Numbered from the stretch's first letter, positions 43,481 through 58,029 are shown. The stretch: 64,000 bases of DNA from Eledone cirrhosa (GCA_964016885.1 OZ024743.1:283588001-283652000), one strand, 5' to 3'. The notes: generated by a model from the letters alone, not told the origin. Numbers and translations: made by a program.

Positions 43481-45080
43481 TTTTTACTGAAACAACCAAA
43501 AGAATAAAAGAATCATTATCATCATAATTGTTTTTATAACTATTTTTCTATACTGGCATCGGTTAGGTTAGATGACACTTTTTTTAAAATAATTTTTCTA
43601 TGGCTGGATGCCCTTCTTAATGACAGCCTATACTTTGTTTATAAGTATAGTATATCAGGGCCGGTGGAACTGAGGGGACTAGGAGCCATACTCCCCCCTT
43701 CCTCAATAATTATATTTTTCTCACCAAACTACCAAAACACACATCTATTTGTATATGCGCTACAATTCATGTATATGTTATATTTATCGCATATCAAAGT
43801 TTTTTTTTATATATATATTAATAATATTTGATAATATATTATGTTAACCTTCATAGTAAATTTGTTTGTCATGTCATAACTTTTTCTCCACATATCACTA
43901 TTTGCCAATTGCTTGTATGTGCATTCAGAGACAGATTTCATAGGTCATTTTTTTGCTATAATCACTTTATAATTATTGAAAACTGTAAATGTAATATGAC
44001 CTTTTTGGACTCAAATTGCATTTTCTGACCATTTTAGAGTGCAAAGAGCTAAACTAATCATTACAACTAAATTATCATGGGCCCTTAACTCTTGATGGAA
44101 GTGTAAGGGTGCTATGGTGATTGTAAAAGTGTTATGGTGTTTGGACATTTAAACCTGGTGGAGCTGATCTCTCTCTATGTCTGAACATCATCATCATCGC
44201 TGTTTAATGTCCATTTTTCGACACTAGTATGGGTTAGACCACTAGCAATAGCCAATTTGTTCCAGAGAAAGAGGGAGTTAGGAAGAGAAAGTGAGAAAAA
44301 AAAAATCAACCCTAGTACTAGACTGGTATTTTATTTACCGACCTTGACATGATGAAAGGCAAAGTTGACCTTGGTGAGATTTGAACACAGAGATAGCAGT
44401 AAGTCAGAAGAAATACCATGAAGAATTCTCTCCATCTTTCACTGCCAATCCCACCCAGCTACCCGACCTTATTTACAGAGTAAATAATTCTTTTATCACA
44501 TCATGCATGACAATGAAGTTTATAAAACTATATAGCTGAAACGAATATAACTTTGTGTGTGTGTGTTTGCTAACACGTGTGCATGTGTTTATATTTCAGT
44601 GTGTCTGAGTGCACCTGTGCAAGTGTGTGTGTGTATGTGTGTGTGCTTGTAATTATATGTATATTTTCTTTTAATATTTACAACTAATTATACTAAAAAA
44701 TATTTTCCAGACAAACACACACAAACATTTTTCTTCTTTTTCTCTTTTCCTCCCTCCCCTCCCCCCCTCTCTCTCTCTCTCTCTCTATCTATCTCTCTCT
44801 CTGATTATATATATTTATATATATATATATAAATATATATTTTGCAATTCAATTCCATGTTTTTCTCACACATTTTGCAAGTTTCTGGCAGGAGAGAATG
44901 CACTCTTTTTCTTGTCATTTTAAACTAAATTTCCCTATCTTCTTCTCCTGTCATTTGTTTCTAGTTCGCTTCTAGAAACATATATATATATATATATATA
45001 TATATACATGCATATAATATATATACATACATATAATATATATACATACATATAATTTATATATATAATATATATACATT

Positions 45081-45127
<47 letters not shown>

Positions 45128-45246
45128 GTACATATAATATATATATATACATATAATATATATATATATATATATACATATAATATATATATGTATATAA
45201 TTTTTAACAGATTTTAAATCTCATTTCATATCTTTTATCTATAACA

Positions 45247-45322
45247 TCTCTGCCTGACGACCAATCCAGACATATATTATATTATTATCGTCTGTGATCC
45301 AGAAACCTTTGGTAATGGAGTA
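45247..45322 (+). ncRNA. Candidate hammerhead ribozyme with long stem II
   Basis: CUGACGA (45,254), CAGAC..GUCUG stem, then GAAACC-UUU-GGUA giving stem III and a GUA triplet; stem I is weak. Confidence 0.4.
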
Positions 45323-45364
45323 GTTATATTTTGTGTTCACTTTCTAATTAAATATATATGTAAA

Positions 45365-45512
45365 CGTGGTTGGTGTTAGGAAGGGCATCCAGCTGTAGAA
45401 AACCCGCCAGACAGTCCAATACAAGCAAGACAACCAATCTTGCTTCACGTGGGACGATTCCCGTCTAAACATATGCTAGCATGGAAGATAGACATTAAAT
45501 GATGATGATGAT
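45365..45512 (+). mobile_element. RTE 3' end fragment, tail-to-tail with the next copy
   Basis: 3' UTR motif plus (GAT)n. Confidence 0.75.
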
Positions 45513-45521
45513 ATATATATA

Positions 45522-47841
45522 TCATCATCATCATCAACGTTTAACGTCCGTGTTCCACGCTTGCATGGGTTTGGACGGGGGTTTTCCCACTTGAGGCAAG
45601 AGTGATTGTCTTGCTCGCATAGGACTGTCTGGAGGGTTTTCTACAGCTGGATGCCCTTCCTAACACCAACCACATTTACCGTGTTGCCTACACAGCCACA
45701 TTACAGCGTGGACTGTCTGGCGGGTTTTCTACAGTTGGATGCCCTTCCTAACACCAACCACATTTACAGTGTGGGGCTGGGAGGTTTTTACCGTGTTGCC
45801 TACACGGCCACATTACAGCGTGGACTGTGTGTTTTTTTTGTCGTGACACCTACACGATCTCATTTGTTTCGGCCTGGATGTTGTGGCACCAACATAACTT
45901 TACATTGAAAGGGGCGGTGTGGATGGGGTGGGGGTGGTGTGACGGGGGTGTATTTTGTTAGAGATGCCTACTGACTGTAGTAGGTTTTACTTTGTATTTA
46001 GGTAAGGTGCGTCTTCTCTATTACTGAGTACCGCCAAAGGTCTCGGTCCAGTGACATTGTCTTGGAGAGGTGTAAGCGTGTGAGGTCGGAATTTATCAAG
46101 TCGTCCCAGGTTTTTCTGGGTCTGCCTACTCCGTGGCTACCGTCTATCTTTATTGCCCATCACTTTGTTATACAGCTGTCGTCTTTCATGCGCATCACGT
46201 GACCATACCAACGTAGCCTTCTCTCGAGTAAACAACATCTGATCCCTCTTATTTCTAATTTTTTCCTTAGTTCGTTTATGCTTTGCCGTTCACGTATATT
46301 ACTATTACACATCCAGCGGAGCATGCAAGCTTCGTTCCTCTCTAGTCTGAGTATATCCTCTGCACACAATGCCCAGGTCTCACTGCCATGCAGCATTGCT
46401 GTTCGTATGCAGGCATCATACAACCTGCCTTTCATTTTTAGGGAGAACCCTTTAGCGGCTAATAGTGGTATAAACTCTCTGAACTTTTTCCATCCAGTTC
46501 TGACTCTAGCTACTGTACTTTCAAAGCACCCTCCCCCACTGCTGATTTTGTCACCCAGGTAACAGAAGCTGTCCACTATTTCTATAGAACCCTCTGCACA
46601 ATTGAAAGAGCTAGTATTTTGTGGGCACTTGCTACTACTTATTGCACCAGAGCACCGGCCACATGTAAAATCTATGTTCTTAGTTAGCTTACCTGTGATC
46701 CCACTACATCTTTTATGCACCCACACTTTGCATTTGGGACATAAAATGGAGTTTCTACCTACGCCTTTCCTACACACTGAGCATGGCCATTTCCCGGAAG
46801 GGATCGGCGCCTTATTTTCTTTCCTACAAACTAGAACTTTAGTCTTAGCCAGGTTAATTTTAAGGCCTTTTGATTCTAGGCCATGCTTCCATGTTTGGAA
46901 TTTCTTCTCTAGCTCGGTCATTGATTCAGCTATGAGCGTTAGATCATCTGCGTTTAGGAGTTCCCATGGGCAGCCGGTCTTGAACTCCTCTGTTATAGCC
47001 TGAAGGGCAATAATAAATAGTAGGGGGCTAAGAACAGAGCCCTGATGGACACCAACTTTTACGCTAAACTCTTCACTATATTCATTGTTAATTCTAACCT
47101 TGCTGACTGTTTCTTTATACATGGCTTGTATAGCTCTCACAAGCCATTCGTCAACACCTAGTTTTCTAAGAACCCACCAGATAATGGAATGGGGGACTCT
47201 GTCGAAGGCTTTCTCCAAGTCAACAAAAGCTAAGTATAGGGGTTTACTTTTAGCTAGGTACTTCTCCTGTAGTTGTCGTACACTGAAAAGAGCGTCTGTG
47301 GTACTTTTGCCTGACACAAACCCGAACTGCATTTCATCTAGATCAATTCTCTCTCTGATTAGTTGCGCTATTACTTTTTCCGTGACCTTCATGACCTGGT
47401 CGATTAATTTAATGCCTCTATAGTTACACCTATCTAGGGCATCTCCTTTACCCTTGTAACAGTTAATGATGATGCTGCTATGCCAGTCCTTTGGAACAAC
47501 CCCATTCTGTATGACTTGGTTTACTATCCGGGTGACCATGATGTGTCCCACCGTTCCAGAGGCTTTCAGCACCTCAGCAACTATTTCCGAAGGCCCAGCC
47601 GCCTTACCCGTCTTCATATCTTTGATTGCCTTACTTATTATACTACCTTCGACTAACACTGCTGGTCCCTCTATTAGGTCGATGTGGGGGAGACTGTCTT
47701 TCTCCCATTTGTTCTCCTCATTTAGAAGCCTTTCGTAGTGACACTTCCAAGCTACCTTCTTATCAGCGTCGGTGATGGCAAGTATGCCATCATCATTAAG
47801 TACACACTTCTCCCCGACAATATCACGGTTTTCCTTGACAC
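45522..47841 (-). mobile_element. RTE LINE copy, RT region
   Basis: Nearly identical protein to the 30.5-32.5 kb copy, but YADD is changed to NADD. (GAT)n tail; the 5' end abuts (TA)n. Confidence 0.95.
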
Positions 47842-48200
<359 letters not shown>

Positions 48201-49835
48201 TAGCTTTTGTCGACTTGGAGAAAGCCTTCGACAGAGTCCCCCGCTCCATTATCTGATGGGCTCTTAAAAAACTAGGCGTTGACGAATGGCTTGTGAGGGC
48301 TATACAAGCCATGTATAAAGAAACAGTCAGCAAGGTTAGAATTAACAACGAATATAGTGAAGAGTTTAGCGTAAAAGTTGGCGTCCATCAGGGCTCTGTT
48401 CTCAGCCCCCTACTATTTATTATTGCCCTTCAGGCTATAACAGAGGAGTTCAAGACAGGCTGCCCATGGGAACTCCTATACACAGACGACCTGACACTCA
48501 TAGCGGAATCAATGGCCGAGCTAGAGAAGAAATTCCAAACATGGAAGCACGGCCTAGAGTCAAAAGGACTTAAAATTAACCTGGCTAAGACCAAAGTTCT
48601 AGTTTGTAGGAAAGAAAACAAGGCGGCGGTCCCTTCTGGGAAATGGTCGTGCTCGGTGTGTAGGAAAGGCGTAGGTAGAAACTCCATTTTATGTCCTAAA
48701 TGCAAAGTATGGGTGCATAAAAGATGTAGTGGGATCACAGGTAAGCTAACTAAGAACATAGATTTTACATGTGGCCGGTGTTCTGGTGCAATAAGTAGCA
48801 GCAAGTGCCCACAAAATACTAGCTCTTTCAATTGCGCAGAGGGTTCTATAGAAATAGTGGACAGCTTCCGTTTCCTGGGCGATAAAATCAGCAGTGGGGG
48901 AGGGTGCTCTGAAAGTACTGTAGCTAGAGTCAGAACTGGTTGGAAAAAGTTCAGAGAGCTTATACCACTATTAGCTGCTAAAGGGTTCTCCCTAAAAATG
49001 AAAGGCAGGTTGTACGATGCCTGCATACGAACAACAATGCTGCATGGCAGTGAGACCTGGGCATTGTGTGCAGAGGATATACGCAGACTAGAGAGGAACG
49101 AAGCTTGCATGCTCCGCTGGATGTGTAACAGTAATATACGTGAACGGCAAAGCATAAACGAACTAAGGAAAAAATTAGAGATAAGAGGGATCAGATGTTG
49201 TTTACTCGAGAGAAGGCTACGTTGGTATGGACACGTGATGCGCATGAAAGCCGATAGCTGTATAACAAAGTGCAGGGCAATAAAGATAGACGGTAGTCAC
49301 GGAATAGGCAGATCTAGAAAAACCTGGGACGAGCTGATAAACTCCGACATCACACACTTACACCTCTCCAAGACAATGTCACTGGACCGAGACCTTTGGC
49401 GGTACTCAGTAACAGAGAAGACCCGCCTTACCTAAATATATAGTAAAACCTTCTCCAACCAGTAGGCATCTCTAACAAAATACACCCCGTCCCACCACCA
49501 CCACCCCCACCCCATCCACACCACCCCGTTCTATGTAAAGTTATGTTGGTGCCGTGCCATAGGCCGAAACAAATGAGATCGTGTAGGTGTCTCGACAAAA
49601 AAAAAAACACACAGTCCACGCTGTAATGTGGCCGTGTAGGCAACACGGTAAAAACCTCCCAGACCCACACTGTAAATGTGGTTGGTGTTAGGAAGGGCAT
49701 CCAACTGTAGAAAACCTGCCAGACAGTCCTATGCGAGCAAGACAATCACTCTTGCCTCAAGTGGGACTACCCCCGTCCAAACCCATGCAAGCGTGGAACA
49801 CGGACGTTAAACGTTGATGATGATGATGATGATGA
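48201..49835 (+). mobile_element. RTE LINE copy, 5'-truncated
   Basis: Starts [13 protein letters not shown], has a stop at 48,254, ORF 48,293-49,435, then 3' UTR and (GAT)n tail. Confidence 0.95.
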
Positions 49836-49879
49836 TATATATATATATATATGTGTATATATATATATATATATACATA

Positions 49880-50177
49880 TATAAAGAAAAAGAGATGAAA
49901 TCGAAAATGCAACTGAAGTCTTATTTTTTTAAAAAATATATATATTTATTTGGTTCCTTTACCGGTTTCGCAGTTCTTCTGCTTTTCAAAAGGTGAGTTG
50001 AGATGGAGTGTCTGTGGTTTTTTTCAGATGTGAGAAAAACCACAGACACTCCATCTCAACTCACCTTTTGAAAAGCAGAAGAACTGCGAAACCGGTGAAG
50101 GAACCAAATAAATATATATATTTTTTTTAAAAATAAGACTTCAGTTGCATTTTCGATTTCATCTCTTTTTCTTTATA
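49880..50177. repeat. Near-perfect ~300-bp inverted repeat, probably a Penelope-like inverted pseudo-LTR
   Basis: Arms of ~147 bp around a centre at ~50,028; each arm has a hammerhead-like motif. Confidence 0.9.
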
Positions 50178-50267
50178 CTTTCACTCGTCTAGGACACCTC
50201 GGTTATTTTTCATTTTGTAAAAAAAACCTCACTTTCTAATATACATATATATATATATACATATGTG

Positions 50268-50348
<81 letters not shown>

Positions 50349-50349
50349 G

Positions 50350-50383
<34 letters not shown>

Positions 50384-50401
50384 CATATATATATACATAT
50401 A

Positions 50402-50465
<64 letters not shown>

Positions 50466-51074
50466 GTTCAAGAGTAACCAATCTTAAAGAGAGAGATGGA
50501 GATAGGAGAGGAGATAGGAGAGGAGAGATTGGTGAATTAGTTAGAAGCCAAAGCATAAAGGCATGTGCTCAATGTGCAATATGCAGTAGAAAGCAGCTAG
50601 GTGGCTGGGTTCATGCAGAAGTTAGGCGCGCAGAGCTGGAAATATTCATTAGTTAAGCAAAACAAGACCACATATTTCACAAGGAAGACATTATTAAAAG
50701 ATTGTCAACATATTTTAGCTTGATGTAAGGAATGTAGAGAATAATAATAATAATATTAATAATTGTTTCTACTTTAGGCACAAGGCCAGCAATTACCCAG
50801 TGCATTACTGGTACTTTATTTTATCGACCCCGTAAGGATGAAAGGCAAAGTCAACCTCGGCGGGATTTGAACTCAGATCGTAAAGGGACGTAACTATGCT
50901 GGAAAGCATGGCGTCCGACACTCTATCGATACTGCCAATCCACCAATAATAATATTAATAATAATGTCCGTTTACAATTGTTTCGCTACTCCATATAATA
51001 TTTCTGGATCAGATGACTATATATCATTATTGATCTGGTTCAGTTGAAAATAATTAACATATTTAAAAACATAT

Positions 51075-51141
<67 letters not shown>

Positions 51142-51175
51142 TATATATATATATATATATATATTATAAATATAT

Positions 51176-52865
51176 GGTGGTCTCTTAGAAAACTAGGTGT
51201 TGACGAATGGCTTGTGAGAGCTATACAAGCCATGTATAAAGAAACAGTCAGTAAGGTTAGAATTAACAACAAATATAGTGAAGAGTTTAGCGTAAAAGTT
51301 GGTGTCCATCAGGGCTCTGTTCTTAGCCCCCTACTATTTATTATTGCCCTTCAGGCTATAACAGAGGAGTTCAAGACCGGCTGCCCATGGGAACTCCTAT
51401 ACGCAGATGATCTAACGCTCATAGCTGAATCAATGACCGAACTAGAGAAGAAATTCCAAACATGGAAGCACGGCCTAGAATCAAAAGGCCTTAAAATTAT
51501 CCTGGCTAAGACTAAAGTTCTAGTTTGTAGGAAAGAAAATAAGGCGGCGGTCCCATCTGGGAAATGGCCATGCTCAGTGTGTAGGAAAGGCGTAGGTAGA
51601 AACTCCATTTTATGTCCCAAATGCAAAGTATGGGTGCATAAAAGATGTAGTGGGATCACAGGTAAGCTAAGAACATAGATTTTACATGTGGCCGGCGCTC
51701 TGGTGCAATAAGTAGCAGCAAGTGCCCACAAAATACTAGCTCCTTCAACTGCGCAGAGGGTTCTATAGAAATAGTGGACAGCTTCCGTTACCTGGGTGAC
51801 AAAATCAGCAGTGGGGGAGGGTGCTCTGAAAGTACAGTAGCTAGAGTCAGAACTGGATGGAAAAAGTTGAGAGAGCTTATACCACTATTAGCCGCTAGAG
51901 GGTTCTCCCTAAAAATGAAAGGCAGGTTATACGATGCCTGCATACGAACAGCAATGCTGCATGGCAGTGAGACCTGGGCATTGTGTGCAGAGGATATACG
52001 CAGACTAGAGAGGAACGAAGCTTGCATGCTCCGCTGGATGTGCAATAGTAATATACGTGAACGGCAAAGCATAAACGAACTAAGGAAAAAATTAGAAATA
52101 AGAGGGATCAGATATTGTTTACTCGAGAGAAGGCTACGTTGGTACGGTCACGTGATGCGCATGAAAGACGACAGCTGTATAACAAAGTGCAGGGCAATAA
52201 AGATAGACGGTAGCCACGGAGTAGGCAGACCCAGAAAAACATGGGACGAGCTGATAAATTCCGACCTCACACGCTTACACCTCTCCAAGACAATGTCACT
52301 GGACCGAGACCTTTGGCGGTACTCAGTAATAGAGAAGACCCGCCTTACCTAAATACAAAGTAAAAACCTACTACAGTCAATAGGCATCTCTATCAAAACA
52401 CCCCCCTGTCCCACCACCTCCACCCCATCCACACCGCCCCTTTCAATGTAAAGTTATGTTGGTCCCACAACATCCAGGCCGAATCAAATGAGATCGTGTA
52501 GGTGTCACGACAAAAAAACACACAGTCCACGCTGTAAATGTGGCCGTGTAGGCAACACGGTAAAAACCTCCCAGCCCCACACTGTAAATGTGGTTGGTGT
52601 TAGGAAGGGCATCCAGCTGTAGAAAACCCGCCAGACAGTCCACGCTGTAATGTGGCCGTGTAGGCAACACGGTAAAAACCTCCCAGCCCCACACTGTAAA
52701 TGTGGTTGGTGTTAAGAAGGGCATCCAACTGTAGAAAACCCGCCAGACAGTCCTATGCGAGCAAGACAGCCACTCTTGCCTCAAGTGGGAAAACCTCCGT
52801 CCAAACCCATGCAAGCGTGGAACACGGACGCTAAACCTGATGATGATGATGATGATGATGATGAT
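51176..52865 (+). mobile_element. RTE LINE copy, 5'-truncated, frameshift near 51,670
   Basis: ORFs 51,214-51,678 and 51,774-52,352; duplicated 3' UTR unit; (GAT)n tail; TA runs on both sides. Confidence 0.95.
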
Positions 52866-52979
52866 ATATATATATATTATAAATATATATATATTATATA
52901 TATATTATATATATATTATATATATATATTATAAAAATATATATATATTATAAATATATATATATTATATATATATAAT

Positions 52980-53040
<61 letters not shown>

Positions 53041-53054
53041 TATATATATATAAT

Positions 53055-53101
<47 letters not shown>

Positions 53102-53131
53102 TATAAATATATATATATATATATATATATA

Positions 53132-53974
53132 CAGTGTGCAGCCGATATTTGTTCACAAGATTACTGCCTCGGAAAAATTAACACAGTAGTTTTAGTTTTT
53201 AAGATATATTTATCAAACTTGGGTCAGTTTGTCTTCATGACTTGTTCTTTCGATCTCACTCGATAAACCCGCCATTGGCTTTGATGACGGCCTCAAGGCG
53301 GCATCGGAACCGGCCTTCATCACTGTCCCCCAACTTAGGCTCCTAAAGGTACTTGTGATCCTGGCCTTCAGATCGCCTTTCGTATTGCAGCTAGATCTGT
53401 TGGTGTCTCGTTCCACTGCGCCCCACACAAAGAAGTCAAGGAGGTTGCAGTCAGGCGAGCTGAGAGGCCAGATGTCAGGTGAAGTGTGGTCGACGAAGTT
53501 CTCTGACAGCCAGCCTTGGGTCTTTCGGCTGGTATGGCAGGGCGCTGAGTCTTGCTCCCACACGTATGGCCTACCTGCAGCTACTTGGTCGATCCAGGAC
53601 TTTACTACCTCGCTCAGAACGCATGAAGTGAGGTGGCATGACGTCACCTTGACTGCTAACAACACCTAAGACCAATGTTGTCGCTGGAAACTTTGTCTGC
53701 ATGACTCTGGGCACGTCTTTGGATGAAACAGTGAGCCACCTGTTGTCTGGGAGTTGATCTTCTGGTCTTATTTGTCCTCCCGGCACGGATTCCAAGAAGA
53801 ACTCCATGTCTCTTCCACAAATTTGGAGCTTCAAAATTATTCATAATCAATTATTCTGAAAATAAATAATGGAAATATAGTCACTGTTTTTATGAAGACA
53901 AGAGTGACAACGGAAGTAAAAAAAATTTGCATAAAATTAGCAGTTGAAAATTGCGAACAAATATCGTCCAGACC

Positions 53975-53977
<3 letters not shown>
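53132..53977 (-). mobile_element. DD37D (maT) element, second internally deleted copy
   Basis: Same TIRs as the first copy. QDSAPCH...SPDCNLLD has 37 residues between the second and third catalytic Asp. Confidence 0.92.
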
Positions 53978-54047
<70 letters not shown>

Positions 54048-54073
54048 TTATACATATTATATATATATATATA

Positions 54074-54121
<48 letters not shown>

Positions 54122-54807
54122 TGCATACATACACACTTCTACATCTGCTAGTAATCTGTTTTTAACTTCATTTCTTCTTTCTGTCTTTTGGCATTCCCTT
54201 TGACTTGTCTTATTCTGAATTTGTTTTGTTTTGTTTTGGGGGAGAGGGGAAGGCTTTTTTTACTTTCAAAAGATCAACTTTCTCAATCATTCTATTTTTT
54301 TCTTTCATTTTTTCCTTCTTCCATTGCCATTTTTGTAAGTACCTTCATTTCTCATGTTTCTTTTTTATTATTATTACTATTATTGAGTTTTATTTTGTAT
54401 GGCAGATATTTAAAGTGGAAGTTTGAACTAAGAACCATAATTCCACTACCACATGTCTTCAGGCAATTAAACCAAACAGTGGTTACCCATTAAAAGGAAA
54501 ACATTTTAAACAAACAAATAACTTATTGTCCACTTCAGTTAACTCAAATTGTTTCCAAAGAATGGAGCTAACATCATCTTCCTCATAATTATAATCATCA
54601 TCATCATTTTTACGGCTGCTTTTCTTTACTGGCATGGGTTGGGTGAGAGTTTTTGAAGCAGTATTCTACAGCCAGATTCTCTTCCTGATGTCAATGCTTA
54701 CATTTTTTTTAAGTACTGTACTCATCCCACTAAGCTGCAGGACATAAACAAACAGCGCCAGTTGTTTCAGTAGTATAAATATGAAGACAATCACACATAC
54801 ACACACA

Positions 54808-54996
54808 TGAGGGTCAACTGAAAAGTTCATAGGCTGACTAAGATACTCTCATGGAATGACTAAAGGAAGTTTATTTTTCAATATAGTCATTGGAAAGAAA
54901 CAATGCTGTTATTAATAAAAAGAGCTGAAATTAATGCATGCAAGATTTCTCAGTTCTAGCATCACTCCTTCATAGTCAGCTTATGAAGTTTTCAGC
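54808..54996. mobile_element. Mariner-like MITE
   Basis: Inverted repeats ctgaaaagttcataggctgacta / tagtcagcttatgaagttttcag. Confidence 0.6.
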
Positions 54997-57374
54997 CTAT
55001 ATGGCTAAAATCAGTGTCTAGTACATAATTTTGAAGCCCTATATTCTGTCCCATAGTTATAATTTATCATTGAAAATAAAATGAAAATGTTCATGGAAGT
55101 GCAGAGAGTCAGCACAAATACTGCAAAGTAGTCCTATGCTCTTATGATAGCTACTTTACAGCTTGCTTGCAGATTGTAGTAGATTTTCAAATAAAATAAA
55201 CTAATATTTTTCAAATAAAATAATGATTTCTACTTTTAGGCACAAAGGCCAGTCATTTTTTTTTTTTGTTGGGGGCTCGATTAAATCGACCCCAGTGCAT
55301 GATTGGTACTTTATTTTATTGACCCCGGCAGGATTAGATCTCAGAACATAAAGCATTTTGTCCAACGCTCTACTGATTCTGCCAATCCACCACCCTATTT
55401 TTCAAATAAAATAATGAACAATTGATATATCAGTTTTCATATATCAGTAAACGTCACTTAGTATATGTAATGTTTTCAAAGTAATATATTTTCTTTTTTA
55501 TCAATTTTGAAGAAACTTTGATGAAAAATCTAAATGAAGTAAATATTCATACATCCTATGAAACTAAGATAGGAATTATTGGAAGGAACAACTCGAATTA
55601 TGCTGGGATATTACATGATTTTCAAGTCTATCATAAGCATGAAAGATGAGTTCATATACTGCCAAAGGAATAATCCTGGGGAAGATTAGTCTTCTATTTA
55701 TCAGAGCTGCGGTTTCTTAGCTTTTTTAAGCTATGTAAACTGTAATATATTTCTGGGACATAACAAACACCATACAGAGGCAGCAGTGGATCAATATATA
55801 AATAAAATGAACATTTATAATATTGAATAGGAAATCCTTCTAGTTTTAATCTCAAAACCAAATATTGTACTTCTATAGCAAAACTGGGAATGTTTTCGAT
55901 CTGAAGAACCATTTTTAGCTAAAAAAAATATTATTGAGACTATTAGAGCCAAATAATTTAATTATAAACAAAAATACATACAATGAAAAACGTGAATTTA
56001 TCTAACTTTTTCTTTACTCATGGTGATGTTTGGCTTTGAATCTTATCTGAAATTGCTTCAATGTCCAGATCATAAGTCATGGTTTTTATTTTAATATAAG
56101 ATCACAGATTTAATAGAATAACAAATAAACTACAAAGTACCTAAGCGCCACAGGTTCCTGACCATTTTCCTGTAGCTTCATAGCAACTGCTATTAGCTCT
56201 TTGGACTGACCTATTAACCTCTTCTATAGCTTCATATTAGCCTCTTTATTTTAATCTTTTTTATACCTTTAGATGAACCACGTCTTCACCTTCATTATAA
56301 CATTATAACCTCTTCTATACCTTCAGATCAACCTCAAATTATTCCTTTGGATTAACATCTAATTATATCTTCAGATGAAACCCTTCTTTGCCTTCAAATT
56401 AATCTCTTCTACACACCAATCATCATTTTTTAACCTCTGTTTTCTTTGCTAACAAGGATTGGTTAGGTCATCACAGATCAAGTCAATTCTTAAAGAAAGC
56501 TACTGACTTCTCAGAAGGGCTGGGAGCCTGCATCTCGCTTACATCCATTTCTGCACTCTAGTAAGTACATTTTATCATGACATTGGCACTAGGGAGGTTG
56601 TTGTGCCTTTGATGCAACTCAAGAGTCATCTTGACCTTTTTTTTACATGGGTTTTACAGGTGGATGCCCTTCCCATCCCCAACTACCGTACAGGTTTTAC
56701 TGGGTCCATTTTTCGTGGCACCAGCACTAGAGAGGTTATCATGTTGTGACTGGAGGGTCCTTTCAACCCTTTTTGGATTAGCTTCTAATAGATCTGACCT
56801 TACAAAAACCCTAGTGGTGCTCATGAAGGGAGAGGAGGTGGCAGAGAGATTCAAAGTGTTGGAGAAAGTTGTTGACCAAGACAGACGTGGTCAGAGACGT
56901 TGAAAGCTAACCATAAGAAACTACACCTCACAATGATGACAAAGGAAAGAGACAAATGGGGATATGTTGTAGTGGAGAGAGCTTGTCTAACACATGCATG
57001 GAGAAACTGATATAAAATTGATGATGATGATGATAATTGTATTATTACCTTTGAGATATTGGAAGTTGAGTGTGATAGAATCTCTGCTAATATTTTCAGA
57101 TTAACTATAACATTATCTTTGAATTAATCTCTTCAAATTTATAAATGAGAATTTGTGATTTCCAATCCAGCTATTTATGTTTAAAAACACTGATCAAAAC
57201 AACAAAAGGCTCAATCATTAATTAATCTTTTTGTGACAAAAGAACTAATTGGGTTTGTCAGTAAAGTTAAAGACACTAAAATCATAGTAATTACTATATT
57301 TTATCATATAAATCTCTCATTAACCAAGAAAATGTGTATTCACCTTTCATCAATGTAACAAAGATATATATTGT

Positions 57375-57822
57375 TTGTGGTTAGAGCATTGGGCTTACAA
57401 TCGTGAGGTTGTGAGTTCATTTTTTGGATCATGTGATGCGTTGTATCCTTGAGCAAAACACTTTATTTCACGTTGCCCCAGTTCACTCAGCTGTAAAAAT
57501 GAGTTGCAACGTCACTGGTTTGTACCTAGAAAATTCCCCTCTGAAGCACAAGTCCAAACAAGGTTGTTTGTAGAAGACCAGCAGTCGCTCGTGCATACCA
57601 GTCTCTCCTCTCCATGCCACTGATGTTGTCCAAGGGAAAGGCAATGGCCAATACAGCTTGGCACCAGTGATGTCACAACTCATTTCTACAGCTGAGTAAA
57701 CTGAAGCAATGTGTAATAAAGTGTCTTGCTCAAGGACACAATGCAAAGCACGGTCTGAGAATTGAACTCACAACCTCACAATTGTAAGCCCAATGCTCTA
57801 ACCACTAAGCCATGCACCTTCA
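57375..57822. mobile_element. Two tRNA/CORE-like SINEs joined tail-to-tail (+ 57,375-57,520; - 57,522-57,822)
   Basis: ~145-bp arms are reverse complements of each other; A/B boxes and the TCCTTGAGCAAGACACTT motif are present. Confidence 0.85.
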
Positions 57823-58029
57823 AGAGCAGACAGAAAGTGAGCATAAAAGTTTTGGGTACTTAGTACCTGATGTTATCTTAACATATCACTAATATATTAT
57901 TGAAAATCTGCATTGAAAACCTTAGGTCTCTGTGAATACACAAATATTACAGATGGCTAATGTATTCACCTACATTAACAATACACTCTCAAGAACAGTA
58001 ATATCAATAAAGAAATCAATAGAACAGCT

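Noticed and set aside
56136-56206. Possible minus-strand coding exon QSKELIAVAMKLQENGQEPVAL
   Set aside because: No polypyrimidine tract, a weak donor and no recognisable homology.
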